A stretch of DNA of 64,000 nucleotides from Clostridia bacterium (GCA_021204625.1 JAJPZA010000120.1:4483-68482), one strand, 5' to 3'. Positions 9,880-18,826 are shown, counted from the stretch's first letter. The notes: generated by a model from the letters alone, not told the origin. Translations and numbers: made by a program.

Positions 9880-11139
9880 TCAAATCTCATCCGGCGTTGC
9901 AAGCCTGCCGGCTACGGCAGAGGCTGCGGCCACGTACGGGGAGGCGAGATATATCTCGCTGGACGTGTGGCCCATTCTGCCCACGAAGTTTCTGTTGGTT
10001 GTGGAGACCGCTCTTTCGCCCTCCGCAAGGATTCCCATGTATCCGCCGAGGCAGGGCCCGCAGGTGGGGGTGGAGACAACCGCTCCGGCCTCTATGAAAA
10101 TGTCCACAAGCCCTTCATGCACTGCCTGCATGTATATGGTGTTGGTGGCCGGAATCACGATGGTCCTTACGTCCTTCGCAACGTGGCGGCCCTTGAGAAT
10201 GTCCGCAGCGATTCTGAGGTCCGAGATGCGCCCGTTGGTGCAGGAGCCAATGACTACCTGCTGTATCTCAATGTCTCCCCACTGGTCCGGAGTTTTTGCG
10301 TTCTCCGGGAGATGGGGGAAGGAGACCGTGGGCTGAAGCTCGTCCAGCTTTATCTCATACACGGCTTCATATTCTGCGTCCGGGTCCGCTTCATACACGT
10401 CTATGCTGCCCTTGTAGCGGCCTGCAAGATACTCGCGGCAGATATCGTCCACGGGGAAGATGCCGTTCTTTGCGCCGGCCTCTATGGCCATGTTGCAGAT
10501 GGTGAACCTGTCATCCATTCCGAGATACTGCACGCCGTCTCCGGTGAACTCCATGCTCTTGTACAGAGCTCCGTCCACGCCGATAAGCCCTATTATATGC
10601 AGAATCACGTCCTTGCCGCAGATGTACTTCCCGGGCTTTCCGGTGAGCACGAATTTCATTGCGGCGGGCACCTTGAACCAGGCTTTTCCGGATATCATGC
10701 CGGCGGCGAGGTCCGTAGATCCTACGCCGGTGGAGAAGGCTCCCACGGCTCCGTACGTGCACGTGTGGCTGTCCGCTCCTATGATGCAGTCTCCGGGGCC
10801 GACCATGCCCTGCTCCGGCAGGAGCGCATGCTCTATGCCCATGCGGCCAACGTCATAAAAATCCTCAATTCCCTGGTCTCTGGCAAAGTCCCTGCACATC
10901 TTGCACTGCTGCGCGCTCTTTATGTCCTTGTTGGGCACGAAGTGGTCCATGACCAGCACAACCCTTGTGTCCTTGCACACTTCCTTGCATCCGGACTTCA
11001 CGAACTCCCTCACAGCCACAGGGCCCGTTATGTCATTCGCAAGGCACAGGTTCAGCTTCGCTTCAATGAGCTGTCCGGCCTTCACGCTGTCCAATCCCGC
11101 AGCTTTTGCGAGGATCTTCTGTGATACGGTCATTCCCAT
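9880..11139 (-). CDS. leuC: 3-isopropylmalate dehydratase large subunit
   Basis: MTVSQKILA..., aconitase-family Cys motifs (GSCTNGR, CGPCLG). Start at the ATG at 11139 with GGAGG upstream. Confidence 0.92.
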   Translation of the reverse strand: MGMTVSQKILAKAAGLDSVKAGQLIEAKLNLCLANDITGPVAVREFVKSGCKEVCKDTRVVLVMDHFVPNKDIKSAQQCKMCRDFARDQGIEDFYDVGRMGIEHALLPEQGMVGPGDCIIGADSHTCTYGAVGAFSTGVGSTDLAAGMISGKAWFKVPAAMKFVLTGKPGKYICGKDVILHIIGLIGVDGALYKSMEFTGDGVQYLGMDDRFTICNMAIEAGAKNGIFPVDDICREYLAGRYKGSIDVYEADPDAEYEAVYEIKLDELQPTVSFPHLPENAKTPDQWGDIEIQQVVIGSCTNGRISDLRIAADILKGRHVAKDVRTIVIPATNTIYMQAVHEGLVDIFIEAGAVVSTPTCGPCLGGYMGILAEGERAVSTTNRNFVGRMGHTSSEIYLASPYVAAASAVAGRLATPDEI

Positions 11140-11232
11140 ATTATACGGCCTCCTTTTTATATTCCGGTTTTTTCCCGCTATGCTTGACTTCATTCTATCA
11201 TCCCGCATATAATCTAGTCAATTATTCTAAAT

Positions 11233-11252
11233 ACAGATTATTAGATATCTGT
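11233..11252. promoter_or_regulatory. Palindromic operator-like site ACAGAT-N8-ATCTGT in the AT-rich leuC upstream region
   Basis: Perfect 6-bp arms read directly. Lies between leuC and the divergent LysR regulator gene. Confidence 0.35.
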
Positions 11253-11304
11253 TATTATAAAATCTAATCATAATACCCCCAAACACGGACCGGAAAACCG
11301 ACTC

Positions 11305-11537
11305 CAAAGCCGGCCACAAAGCCGGCCACAAAGCCGGCTCATGGAACAGCCCGCCGTATACTGTATATTCCGGAAACGCAAAACGCCAGGATTATATAGT
11401 ATACAGGGCCTGGCAGGGGCGGCCAATCCGTATACTATATATTCCGGAAACGCAAAACGGCCGGTTTATACAGTATACAAAAACCGGACCCATCCGGACT
11501 CATCTGGACTTATCCGGAGCCATCCGGCTCATCCGGG
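11305..11537. repeat. Composite repeat cluster in the leuC/LysR intergenic region
   Basis: Three parts: 3 copies of a 12-bp unit (CACAAAGCCGGC, 11305-11338); two 53-bp units 74 bp apart (11354-11406 and 11428-11480), each with an internal GTATAC-containing inverted repeat; about five ATCCGG copies phased roughly 10 bp apart (11490-11537). Confidence 0.8.
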
Positions 11538-11570
11538 CCTATACGGCCCATGCATACAGGACACAATATA

Positions 11571-12392
11571 ATGGATATAGAGAACCTTAAGACGTACATC
11601 GCCCTATGCGACATCATGAACTTCTCCCGCACGGCGGAAGAGCTCTTCATCTCCCAGAGCACCGTCTCAAACAGAATCCGGGACCTGGAGGAAGAGGCGG
11701 GAGTAAAGCTTCTGGAAAGGGACCGGCACACCGTCTCCATGACGGAGGAGGGCCGGACTTTCCTGGAGTACGCCAAAAGGATAGTGGACATGGAGGACGC
11801 CTGCAAGAGGGCCGTGTCCGGCAAGGAATTCCGCATACGCGTAGGCGCAACCAACGCCTTGTATGAGAGCGTATTAAAGGACAAGCTTTTGGAGAAGGTG
11901 GCCCAAGGGGGCATGTTTTCCGTTACCCTTGGCCACTCCGCAGGGCTTCTGGACATGATAGGCCAGGGGCTTCTGGATGCCGCGTACGTGTACCAGCCGT
12001 ACAGAAAGGCCGGATACGTCTGCGAGGAATGCCTGGAGGATGAACTTGTGCTTCTTTGCAGGGCGGACATAAACGCATTCCCGGATGGCATATCCAACAA
12101 AGACCTGGAGACCATCCCGTGTGCCGTGTGCAATTTCGCTCTGCAGGACATTGGCGTGTATCTCCGCGAGATATACCCGCAGGGATATATCTTCCCGCTG
12201 GAGATAGACAACTCATCCAAGGTAAAGGATTACCTGGACGCGGGCCTGGGATACAGCTTCCTTCCGAGGCAGATGGTAATAAAGGAGATCCAGAGCGGCC
12301 GCTATGCGGAGATTCCGCCCAAGGACTTTTCCCGTCTCAAGATACACGGGTACAGGGTCTGCAGGGCGGACATGACCTCACTGCTGCCGTAA
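11571..12392 (+). CDS. LysR-family transcriptional regulator
   Basis: N-terminal HTH MDIENLKTYIALCDIMNFSRTAEELFISQSTVSNRIRDLEEEAGVKLLER followed by a LysR substrate-binding-type C-terminal domain. Divergent from leuCDB. Confidence 0.9.
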   Translation: MDIENLKTYIALCDIMNFSRTAEELFISQSTVSNRIRDLEEEAGVKLLERDRHTVSMTEEGRTFLEYAKRIVDMEDACKRAVSGKEFRIRVGATNALYESVLKDKLLEKVAQGGMFSVTLGHSAGLLDMIGQGLLDAAYVYQPYRKAGYVCEECLEDELVLLCRADINAFPDGISNKDLETIPCAVCNFALQDIGVYLREIYPQGYIFPLEIDNSSKVKDYLDAGLGYSFLPRQMVIKEIQSGRYAEIPPKDFSRLKIHGYRVCRADMTSLLP

Positions 12393-12432
12393 TGCAAAAA
12401 GGCATATCCCGCGGGATATGTCATAAACAAGC
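12381..12432 (+). repeat. Left copy of an imperfect direct repeat of about 50 bp (contains a terminator-like hairpin)
   Basis: CTGCTGCCGTAATGCAAAAAGGCATATCCCGCGGGATATGTCATAAACAAGCG. Compare the right copy at 13778-13828. It overlaps the last codons of the LysR gene. Confidence 0.8.
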
Positions 12433-12486
12433 GCGGGAACACACAGAAAACCAAAGGGAAACGTGCCGGCGGCATGGTTTTCATCG

Positions 12487-12515
12487 TTGTACAATCCGCT
12501 GAAGAGTAGTATAAT
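12487..12515 (+). promoter_or_regulatory. Promoter candidate TTGTAC-N17-TATAAT for the relaxase gene
   Basis: Hexamers at 12487-12492 and 12510-12515. Confidence 0.5.
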
Positions 12516-12623
12516 ATGAATACAGGCCCCATGAGAAAGCCTGCGGGCAGGCGGCATGTTTCAGATGATAATGAATGACACGGCATGCTCCCCGGGGCAT
12601 GCGGATGATGCAGGAGATAATGT

Positions 12624-13742
12624 ATGAGCTATTTGATTGCCATGGTGGACAGAATCGAGTTCAGCAATCTGGACGAGTTTGAGATTGAGATAGAGAGGGA
12701 TCCCGAGTTCTGGGACGAAGACGGGCGCATAGATGACGCGGAGGCGAATAAAAATTACCATGTGATAATTCCGAAGGGCCATTACACGGAATTGGCAAGC
12801 CCGTATGTCATTACGGACAAAAGAGGCAGGGAAAAAGAGGGCTATGTCATCGGCGCTGTAGTGACGGCGGAAGAGGAGTTCTTTGACCGCGTAGGGGAAG
12901 CCATGGAAAAGCAGTTTTTCATGGACGCCGCCCAGTATTTTAAGGATGCGTACGGCGAGCTGAACGTCTTCTCGGCTGTGGTGCACGGGGACGAGGAAAT
13001 CCCTCACATGCACGTGTGCTTCTTCCCGTATGACGAGGAGGGAAAGCTTACTGCCCTCGGCCAGCTGGACGAGGACGCCCTGGCTGAATTTGAGAATGAC
13101 ATCTATGAGAATCTCGGCAAGAGATGGAAGCTGGACAAGATGGAGGAAAGCCCCCTGGAGGACCATGAGGCCATGGAAGAGTACAGGCAGGCCCAGATCA
13201 TGTACGGTTACTCCATGGAAGTGAACGACCTCATCGCCGAGATAGAAGACAAGCGCAAGGAGCTTGGAGACATTACGGAGAGGGCGGATGCCCTTGCAAG
13301 GCAGGAGGAAGAGCAGAAGATATCTTTGCGCAGCCTGCAGGAGATGAACGGAGCACTTAGCCAGGAAAACGCAAGGCTCATGAAAGAGATAGAGAAGAAC
13401 ACAGAGTTCCACGCCGCCCTGGACACAGCCCAGGCGCAGGACGACCCTTCCCGCAGCAAGGATGAAACCATACGAATCCTCAAGTCCCGCGAGTACGTCC
13501 TGCAGGACCAGATAGCCGCCGGCCGCGAGCAGAACAAGGAGCTTCTTGACACCCTCAAGGAAACGGAGAACAAGCTTCACGAGGCCCTCAAATACAAGGA
13601 CAAGGCCCAGATGGCGGACAAGATCCTTGCCATGTATCCGGAGGAGTTCCAGGACCTGTATTACAGGAGCACCCACAAGGGCAAATCCAAGCCGAAGGGC
13701 AAGGACTCCAAAGAGCCCAAGGACAGGAACAGCACGGACTGA
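12624..13742 (+). CDS. Plasmid recombination/mobilization protein (Pre/MobV-family relaxase)
   Basis: VVHGDEEIPHMHVCFFP matches MobV motif III (HxDExxPHxH). The C-terminus is a long charged coiled coil, as in Mob_Pre proteins. AGGAG RBS. Confidence 0.8.
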   Translation: MSYLIAMVDRIEFSNLDEFEIEIERDPEFWDEDGRIDDAEANKNYHVIIPKGHYTELASPYVITDKRGREKEGYVIGAVVTAEEEFFDRVGEAMEKQFFMDAAQYFKDAYGELNVFSAVVHGDEEIPHMHVCFFPYDEEGKLTALGQLDEDALAEFENDIYENLGKRWKLDKMEESPLEDHEAMEEYRQAQIMYGYSMEVNDLIAEIEDKRKELGDITERADALARQEEEQKISLRSLQEMNGALSQENARLMKEIEKNTEFHAALDTAQAQDDPSRSKDETIRILKSREYVLQDQIAAGREQNKELLDTLKETENKLHEALKYKDKAQMADKILAMYPEEFQDLYYRSTHKGKSKPKGKDSKEPKDRNSTD

Positions 13743-13777
13743 TTGCCACAAGCTGAAGCCGGGCCGTCACGGCCGCT

Positions 13778-13828
13778 CTGCTGCCGCAACAAAAAGGCAT
13801 ATCCCGCAGGATATGCCGCAAGCATGCG
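13778..13828 (+). repeat. Right copy of the direct repeat; its hairpin also serves as the terminator for the minus-strand gene 13848-14222
   Basis: CTGCTGCCGCAACAAAAAGGCATATCCCGCAGGATATGCCGCAAGCATGCG. Stem GGCATATCC / GGATATGCC, with a T-run on the minus strand. Confidence 0.8.
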
Positions 13829-13847
13829 TAAAAACGACTGCCCGTTG

Positions 13848-14222
13848 TCATGTGTACAGGCATGGGAAGTTCAGGTTTTCATCCAGGCAGCGAATCATCT
13901 CAAGGTACTGGTCCTTTGCAAAGGACACGCCTTCCTGGTCCAGGCATTCCAGCTGGCTCATGACGCTCACTATGCTGTCCGTGCGGGAATCATCGAATTC
14001 ATACGCATCGGAAAACCACACGACATTGACCCAGTCCACAAGCTCCTCCAAAGAGATAGAGCCGTCCAGCAGCCTGGACATGGCCGCAATAACGTGATTC
14101 GCTGAGACCAAAACCGCATCTTCCAAAGATACGGAGATTAGGCTTTCTCCTGCAACGAAGCGGTATTCCTCGGTGCCTATTTGGAAGTTGAGATACTTTT
14201 TGGCGGCATCTTTCACTGTCAT
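13848..14222 (-). CDS. Hypothetical acidic 124-aa protein
   Basis: Intact ORF with an ATG start and a terminator hairpin downstream. No family recognised. Confidence 0.55.
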   Translation of the reverse strand: MTVKDAAKKYLNFQIGTEEYRFVAGESLISVSLEDAVLVSANHVIAAMSRLLDGSISLEELVDWVNVVWFSDAYEFDDSRTDSIVSVMSQLECLDQEGVSFAKDQYLEMIRCLDENLNFPCLYT

Positions 14223-14261
14223 ATCCTGTTTTCCTTGTACACACGGATGGGTTTGCCGGTT

Positions 14262-14513
14262 CCGTCAACAATCTTCTATGATATAGCTCCGGGTTTTCGT
14301 GGGCCGTCAACTCCAATCCTGGATACAGCTCCGTGTTTTCGGGAGCCGTCAACTCAGATTTTGGATATAGCCCCGGGTCTTCGGAGGCCGTCAACTCCAA
14401 TCTTGGATACAGCTCCGGGTCTTCGGGGGCCTGTCAACTCCAATCTTGGATATAGTACAGGGCCTTTGGTACCATCAACTCAAAACTTGTATATAGCTCC
14501 TGTCTCCAGGGTT
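14262..14513. repeat. Six tandem copies of a repeat of about 42 bp (CCGTCAAC...TGGATAYAGC...)
   Basis: Unit starts at 14262, 14304, 14346, 14388, 14431 and 14472, giving periods of 42, 42, 42, 43 and 41 bp. Lies in the divergent intergenic region between 13848-14222 (-) and the helicase gene (+). Confidence 0.9.
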
Positions 14514-14568
14514 CATTATACAGTAGATAGATTTCAAAAGCAATCAGTGTGAAGAAGCAGGGTAGCGC

Positions 14569-17565
14569 ATGGGTTTTTTCAGTTATTGGAAAAGACAAAG
14601 GAGGGAGAAGAAACGCTCTCCGGAATACCTGCAGGTATTAGCCTTCCGGAAGGATCTGGACGGTCTTTTGGCGCAGGACAGATATCTTGCCCGCAGGGAT
14701 TACAAGCCCATGATTTCCAAATATGCGGCCGCATATGCCTTCTTCGGTAATCTTATATCATCCGGCATGCTGGACAGGTACTGCCGCAAGGGGTGCGCGG
14801 AGCTAGAGGACGTGCGCTCCTTCATGCCCGCGTATGAAGACCTGCTGGACCTTAAAAAAGGCTCTGCAAAAGTGGCGGAGCATAATGTGCAATACATCAA
14901 GCGCCATATGGAGCAGGAGAAGGATTATCTGGACCGGATTCTGGACCCCGTGGACAAGGACATCTCTTTGGATGAAGAGCAGCGCGAGGCCGTCCTTGCG
15001 GATGAGGATTACACCCTTGTCATAGCCGGCGCGGGGGCCGGGAAGACAACCACGGTGGCCGCCAAAGTGAGATACCTCACGGAACGTCAGGGTGTGGACC
15101 CTCGGCAGATTCTTGTGGTTTCATTCACCAACAAGGCCGTTGGAGAGCTCAGGGACCGGATAAATAACTGCCTCAAAATACCCTGCCCCATAACAACCTT
15201 CCACAGCTGCGGCAATGCCATTCTCCGGAAAAAGGAAGAGACCATGAAGAAGGTGGTCTCGGACGGGTACCTGTTCTGGACGGTCAACAACTATCTCAAG
15301 GGCAAGGTTTTGACGGACCCGGCTCTCGTGAACAAGATAGTCATGTTCTTCAGCTCGTACTTTGAAGCCCCGTACGAGGGGGAGGACTTGAACCAGTTCT
15401 TCAATTACGTGGCCAAGGCGGACTTTAGTACGCTCAAGAGCAATGTCAATGAATATACGCGTGAGGTCCTGGACCGCTTCACCCGCAGGAAACGCTCCAT
15501 CCAGAACGAGATCCTCCGTTCCAGGCAGGAAGTGGAGATTGCCAACTTCCTGTACATGAACAGGATAGATTACGTGTATGAGGAGATATACCCGTACAAT
15601 ATCCTCAAGGCCAGAAAGCCGTACACGCCGGACTTCTGCATCCGGCAGGACGGGAAGACAGCATACATAGAGCATTTCGGCATATCGGAATCCGGACGCA
15701 CTTCAAGATACACCCCGGAACAGCTGGCTCAGTACAAGAGCGAAATCCGGGACAAAATAGCCCTGCACAAGCAGCACGGCACCACGTTGCTCTGCACGTA
15801 TTCCTCATACAATGACGGCCGCTCCTTGCAGGACCATCTAAAGGAGACCTTGGAGAAGGCGGGATTCCGCCTGGAGGCCCGGCCTGCGGAAGAGGTATTG
15901 AAGAAGCTGGCGGACGCGGAGGAAAACCGGTACATATACAAGCTCGTGCGGCTTATAACCACATTCATAACCAACTTCAAGACCAATAATCTCGGGCCGG
16001 ATGATTTTGACCGCTTCAAGAAGGACGCAAACGTGCGCACCAGGCTGTTCATGGACATCTGCAAGGGCGCGTACCTGGAGTATGAGAAAAGGCTTGCGGA
16101 AGACGGCGCCGTGGATTACGAGGACATGATAAATGACTCCGCCAGGGCGGTGGAGGAGAGGATGGTCTCCAAGGAACAGCTGGACTTCAGGTACATCATC
16201 GTGGATGAGTACCAGGACATATCCCGTCAGCGTTTTGACCTCACCAGGGCCCTCTCAAACCTCTGTGACGCCAAAGTCATTGCCGTCGGGGATGACTGGC
16301 AGTCCATATATGCCTTCAGCGGCTCGGACATAACCCTTTTCACCCGCTTTACGGAAATCATGGGATACGGGGACGTCCGCAGAATCACCCGCACGTACCG
16401 CAACGCCCAGGAGGTCATAGACATAGCCGGAGGCTTCATCCAGAAGAACGAGACCCAGATCCGCAAATCCCTCATATCTCCCAAGCATATTTCCCAGCCT
16501 GTGGTCATATACACGTACACGGAAGAACCGGATTTAAGCTCCAAGGACACGGCCCCGCAGGACAAAGCAAAGCCCCGCCCCAGGGGCGGCAAGTACGCGC
16601 TCCTCGGAAAGACGGTGGAGGAGCTCATTGGCCGTATCTTAAGAGAGAGGGAGAAGCAGAATCAGAGCCCGTACGCGCGCATACTGCTCATAGGCCGGTT
16701 CAATTTCGACGCCCGCAACCTGTGCTTCTCCGAAGATTTCCTGTATGATGAGGACAGCGGCAAGGTGACTTCAAAGAAGTACCCCAGGGCCCGCCTCGAG
16801 TTCATGACAGCCCACAGCTCCAAGGGTCTGGGATATGATGATGTAATCATCGTGAACGCCCGCAACGAGACGTACGGCTTCCCCGCTAAAATTGAGGATG
16901 ACCCCGTCATGAAATACGTGGTCAAGGAAGACCGCTCCATAGAATACGCGGAGGAGCGGCGCCTTTTCTACGTCGCCATGACCCGCACCAAGAACAGGGT
17001 CTTCATTGTCTCCCCTGCGGAGCATCCATCGGAATTCGTCCTGGAGCTCATGCGGGATTACCCGTCCGTAACCCAGAGAGGGAACATAAACACGGAGCCC
17101 GTCCGTGACCTTGGAAAGATTACATCATGCCCCGTCTGCGGCTATCCCCTGCAGCTCAGATACAACCCCAATTACGGCATGGCCCTCTGGATGTGCTCCA
17201 ACGAGCCGGAGATCTGCACGTACATAACCAACACTCCTGAAGGGGGAAAGATGTCCATCCAGAAGTGCGACCGCTGCAGGGACGGGTATCTCATCGTACG
17301 CAAGAACTCGGAGGGCAAATTCTTCCTCGGCTGCACCAACTACAAAAAGGACGGCACAGGCTGCAACCGCACCGTGGATCCGTCATATTATGACACCTTC
17401 GCCCACACCGGCTTTGAGACGGACAAGTCCGTGGACATGAGGGCCTTCATAACTTCCAAGGCATCCAGGCCCAAGGATACAGCTAAGGCTGCATCTCCTG
17501 CACTGGCCAGCGCTCCAGCGGATACCCGGCAGGCCGGTTCTGCTTCCAGGCCTGTCAGGCCGTAG
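14569..17565 (+). CDS. UvrD/Rep/helicase-IV-like SF1 helicase with C-terminal topoisomerase-type zinc fingers
   Basis: Motifs AGAGAGKTTT, IIVDEYQDIS, GDDWQSIYAFSG, YRNAQEV, AHSSKGLGYDDVII and YVAMTRTKNRVFI. A nuclease-like insert (YTPDFCI...YIEHFG). C-terminal CPVCGYPL...CS and KCDRCRDGYL...GCTNY zinc ribbons. Ends at TAG 17563-17565. Confidence 0.85.
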   Translation: MGFFSYWKRQRREKKRSPEYLQVLAFRKDLDGLLAQDRYLARRDYKPMISKYAAAYAFFGNLISSGMLDRYCRKGCAELEDVRSFMPAYEDLLDLKKGSAKVAEHNVQYIKRHMEQEKDYLDRILDPVDKDISLDEEQREAVLADEDYTLVIAGAGAGKTTTVAAKVRYLTERQGVDPRQILVVSFTNKAVGELRDRINNCLKIPCPITTFHSCGNAILRKKEETMKKVVSDGYLFWTVNNYLKGKVLTDPALVNKIVMFFSSYFEAPYEGEDLNQFFNYVAKADFSTLKSNVNEYTREVLDRFTRRKRSIQNEILRSRQEVEIANFLYMNRIDYVYEEIYPYNILKARKPYTPDFCIRQDGKTAYIEHFGISESGRTSRYTPEQLAQYKSEIRDKIALHKQHGTTLLCTYSSYNDGRSLQDHLKETLEKAGFRLEARPAEEVLKKLADAEENRYIYKLVRLITTFITNFKTNNLGPDDFDRFKKDANVRTRLFMDICKGAYLEYEKRLAEDGAVDYEDMINDSARAVEERMVSKEQLDFRYIIVDEYQDISRQRFDLTRALSNLCDAKVIAVGDDWQSIYAFSGSDITLFTRFTEIMGYGDVRRITRTYRNAQEVIDIAGGFIQKNETQIRKSLISPKHISQPVVIYTYTEEPDLSSKDTAPQDKAKPRPRGGKYALLGKTVEELIGRILREREKQNQSPYARILLIGRFNFDARNLCFSEDFLYDEDSGKVTSKKYPRARLEFMTAHSSKGLGYDDVIIVNARNETYGFPAKIEDDPVMKYVVKEDRSIEYAEERRLFYVAMTRTKNRVFIVSPAEHPSEFVLELMRDYPSVTQRGNINTEPVRDLGKITSCPVCGYPLQLRYNPNYGMALWMCSNEPEICTYITNTPEGGKMSIQKCDRCRDGYLIVRKNSEGKFFLGCTNYKKDGTGCNRTVDPSYYDTFAHTGFETDKSVDMRAFITSKASRPKDTAKAASPALASAPADTRQAGSASRPVRP

Positions 17566-17901
17566 ACAGAGCGCAACAGCGGGGTTAATGAGGTCATATA
17601 CGTCAAATGCGAGATATACGGCGCGGAATATGAGCTTATTGCCACACCGGAAGGGAATCTTATAACAGACGCGGACCTCCTTGCGAAGCTGGACATAACC
17701 CGCAGGAACCTTGCGAAGGCGGCCGGGAAATATCCTGCGCAGATAGTCTCCAACAAGGGCCTTGTGAACCTGGCCACGTACAGGCCGGAGAGCCGCGAGG
17801 AGTTTGTGTCCCTCGCAGGGCTGGGAGAGGAGACCTTCCGCAACTACGGCAAGCCGTTCATAAACACCATAAAAGAGTACGTCTCAACGTCAAAACGGTA
17901 G
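17566..17901 (+). pseudogene. HRDC-domain coding segment, in frame with and directly following the helicase stop codon, with no start codon of its own
   Basis: 111 open codons in the same frame (14569 and 17899 are both 1 mod 3). They contain no Met and have no RBS. The translation ...DLLAKLDITRRNLAKAAGKYPAQIVSNKGLVNLATYRPESREEFVSLAGLGEETFRNYGKPFINTIKEY fits the HRDC pattern. Confidence 0.6.
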
Positions 17902-18112
17902 CCCCGTGCGTCAATCCAGGCCAGAGTCCGGACAGAAGCGCCCGGGCTTTTTTCTGTGGCAAAAAATGTGGGCGGCTTGGCAAAAAGTGTGTATTGTGGC
18001 ATATGCGGGGGTATGGTATAATAGACTGCAGGTATAGATATTCAGACTGCTTTGCCAGGGAAGATGCTGCCGTCGGATGCGGCAGGCACAGGCAGGAAAG
18101 GCGCGGGAAGAG

Positions 18113-18826
18113 ATGATTAAAGTTGCTGTAGTGGAGGATGAAAAGCGCTGGGCGGATGAATTCACGGATTATGTGCGCCGGTATTTCAAGGAGAGAATGG
18201 AAGTGCCGGAAATTTGCGTGTTCGGGGACGGCGTGGACTTCATATCGGATTACAAGGAAGGGTATGACCTCATTCTCATGGACATAGACATGCCTGGAAT
18301 GGACGGGCTGGAAGCGGCCAAGAGGCTCAGGGAAGTGGATGAGGGCGCGTGCCTCATCTTCATCACCATGCTTGCCCGTTACGCCATAAAGGGGTATGAA
18401 GTGTCCGCCTTTGATTTCATCGTCAAGCCCGTCTCATATGATCTCCTCAAAATCAAGCTGGACAAGGCAATGGTGTACATAAACCGCAGGAATGAGGCCC
18501 CTTCGTTCGTTGTCCAGGGCGCGGGAACGATGAAGAAAGTGCTTTTGAGCGAGATAAAGTACGTGGAGAGCATCAAGCACTATCTGTACATACACACTTT
18601 GGACGGGGAGCTCAAGATGCGCGGGTCGATGTCAGACATCGCGGACCAGTTCCTTTCAAACGGCTTTGCCGGCATAAACCGCTCGCTTATCGTGAATCTT
18701 GCATATGTGACCGGATATGACGCAACGGACGTCAATGTGGCGGGAGAAAGGCTGCCTTTGAGCCGCGTGTACAAGGCGGATTTCCTCAATGCGCTTACAA
18801 GACACATAGGTAAGGAGGGCCGCTGA
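18113..18826 (+). CDS. LytTR-family response regulator (AgrA/LytR-like)
   Basis: Receiver domain MIKVAVVEDE...DLILMDIDMPGMDG and a C-terminal LytTR-type domain (IKYVESIKHYLYIHT...). Start at the ATG at 18113. Confidence 0.9.
   Translation: MIKVAVVEDEKRWADEFTDYVRRYFKERMEVPEICVFGDGVDFISDYKEGYDLILMDIDMPGMDGLEAAKRLREVDEGACLIFITMLARYAIKGYEVSAFDFIVKPVSYDLLKIKLDKAMVYINRRNEAPSFVVQGAGTMKKVLLSEIKYVESIKHYLYIHTLDGELKMRGSMSDIADQFLSNGFAGINRSLIVNLAYVTGYDATDVNVAGERLPLSRVYKADFLNALTRHIGKEGR

Larger units (their letters stand above)
12433..13777 (+). mobile_element. Mob-only cassette (relaxase gene plus promoter) bounded by the 50-bp direct repeats
   Basis: A single MobV-type relaxase CDS with its own promoter sits between the duplicated hairpin-containing sequences. 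No integrase or rep gene is present. Confidence 0.5.

Noticed and set aside
9868-11124. 418-aa ORF on the + strand opposite leuC
   Set aside because: Shadow ORF of leuC. The translation is not protein-like (R/G/H/V-rich) and leuC is unambiguous.
12561-13751. 396-aa ORF on the - strand opposite the relaxase gene
   Set aside because: Antisense to a CDS carrying the MobV HxDExxPHxH motif and a proper RBS. Its L/V-rich repetitive translation mirrors the E/K-rich coiled coil.
14262-14513. The 42-bp repeat array as a CRISPR array
   Set aside because: The units are contiguous with no unique spacers between them.
14181-14552. 123-aa ORF translating the 42-bp repeats as a PSTPILDTAPGLRG repeat protein (and its minus-strand twin 13999-14400)
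   Set aside because: Both strands are open only because the period is divisible by 3. Neither ORF has an RBS, and both overlap the start of the 13848-14222 gene.
17563-17565. The in-frame TAG as pyrrolysine or a reassigned sense codon
   Set aside because: TAG clearly terminates rpsF (6472-6474) and the 587-aa island gene (46220-46222). No pyl genes are in the window. Nonsense mutation or read-through remain the possible explanations and are reported as a finding.
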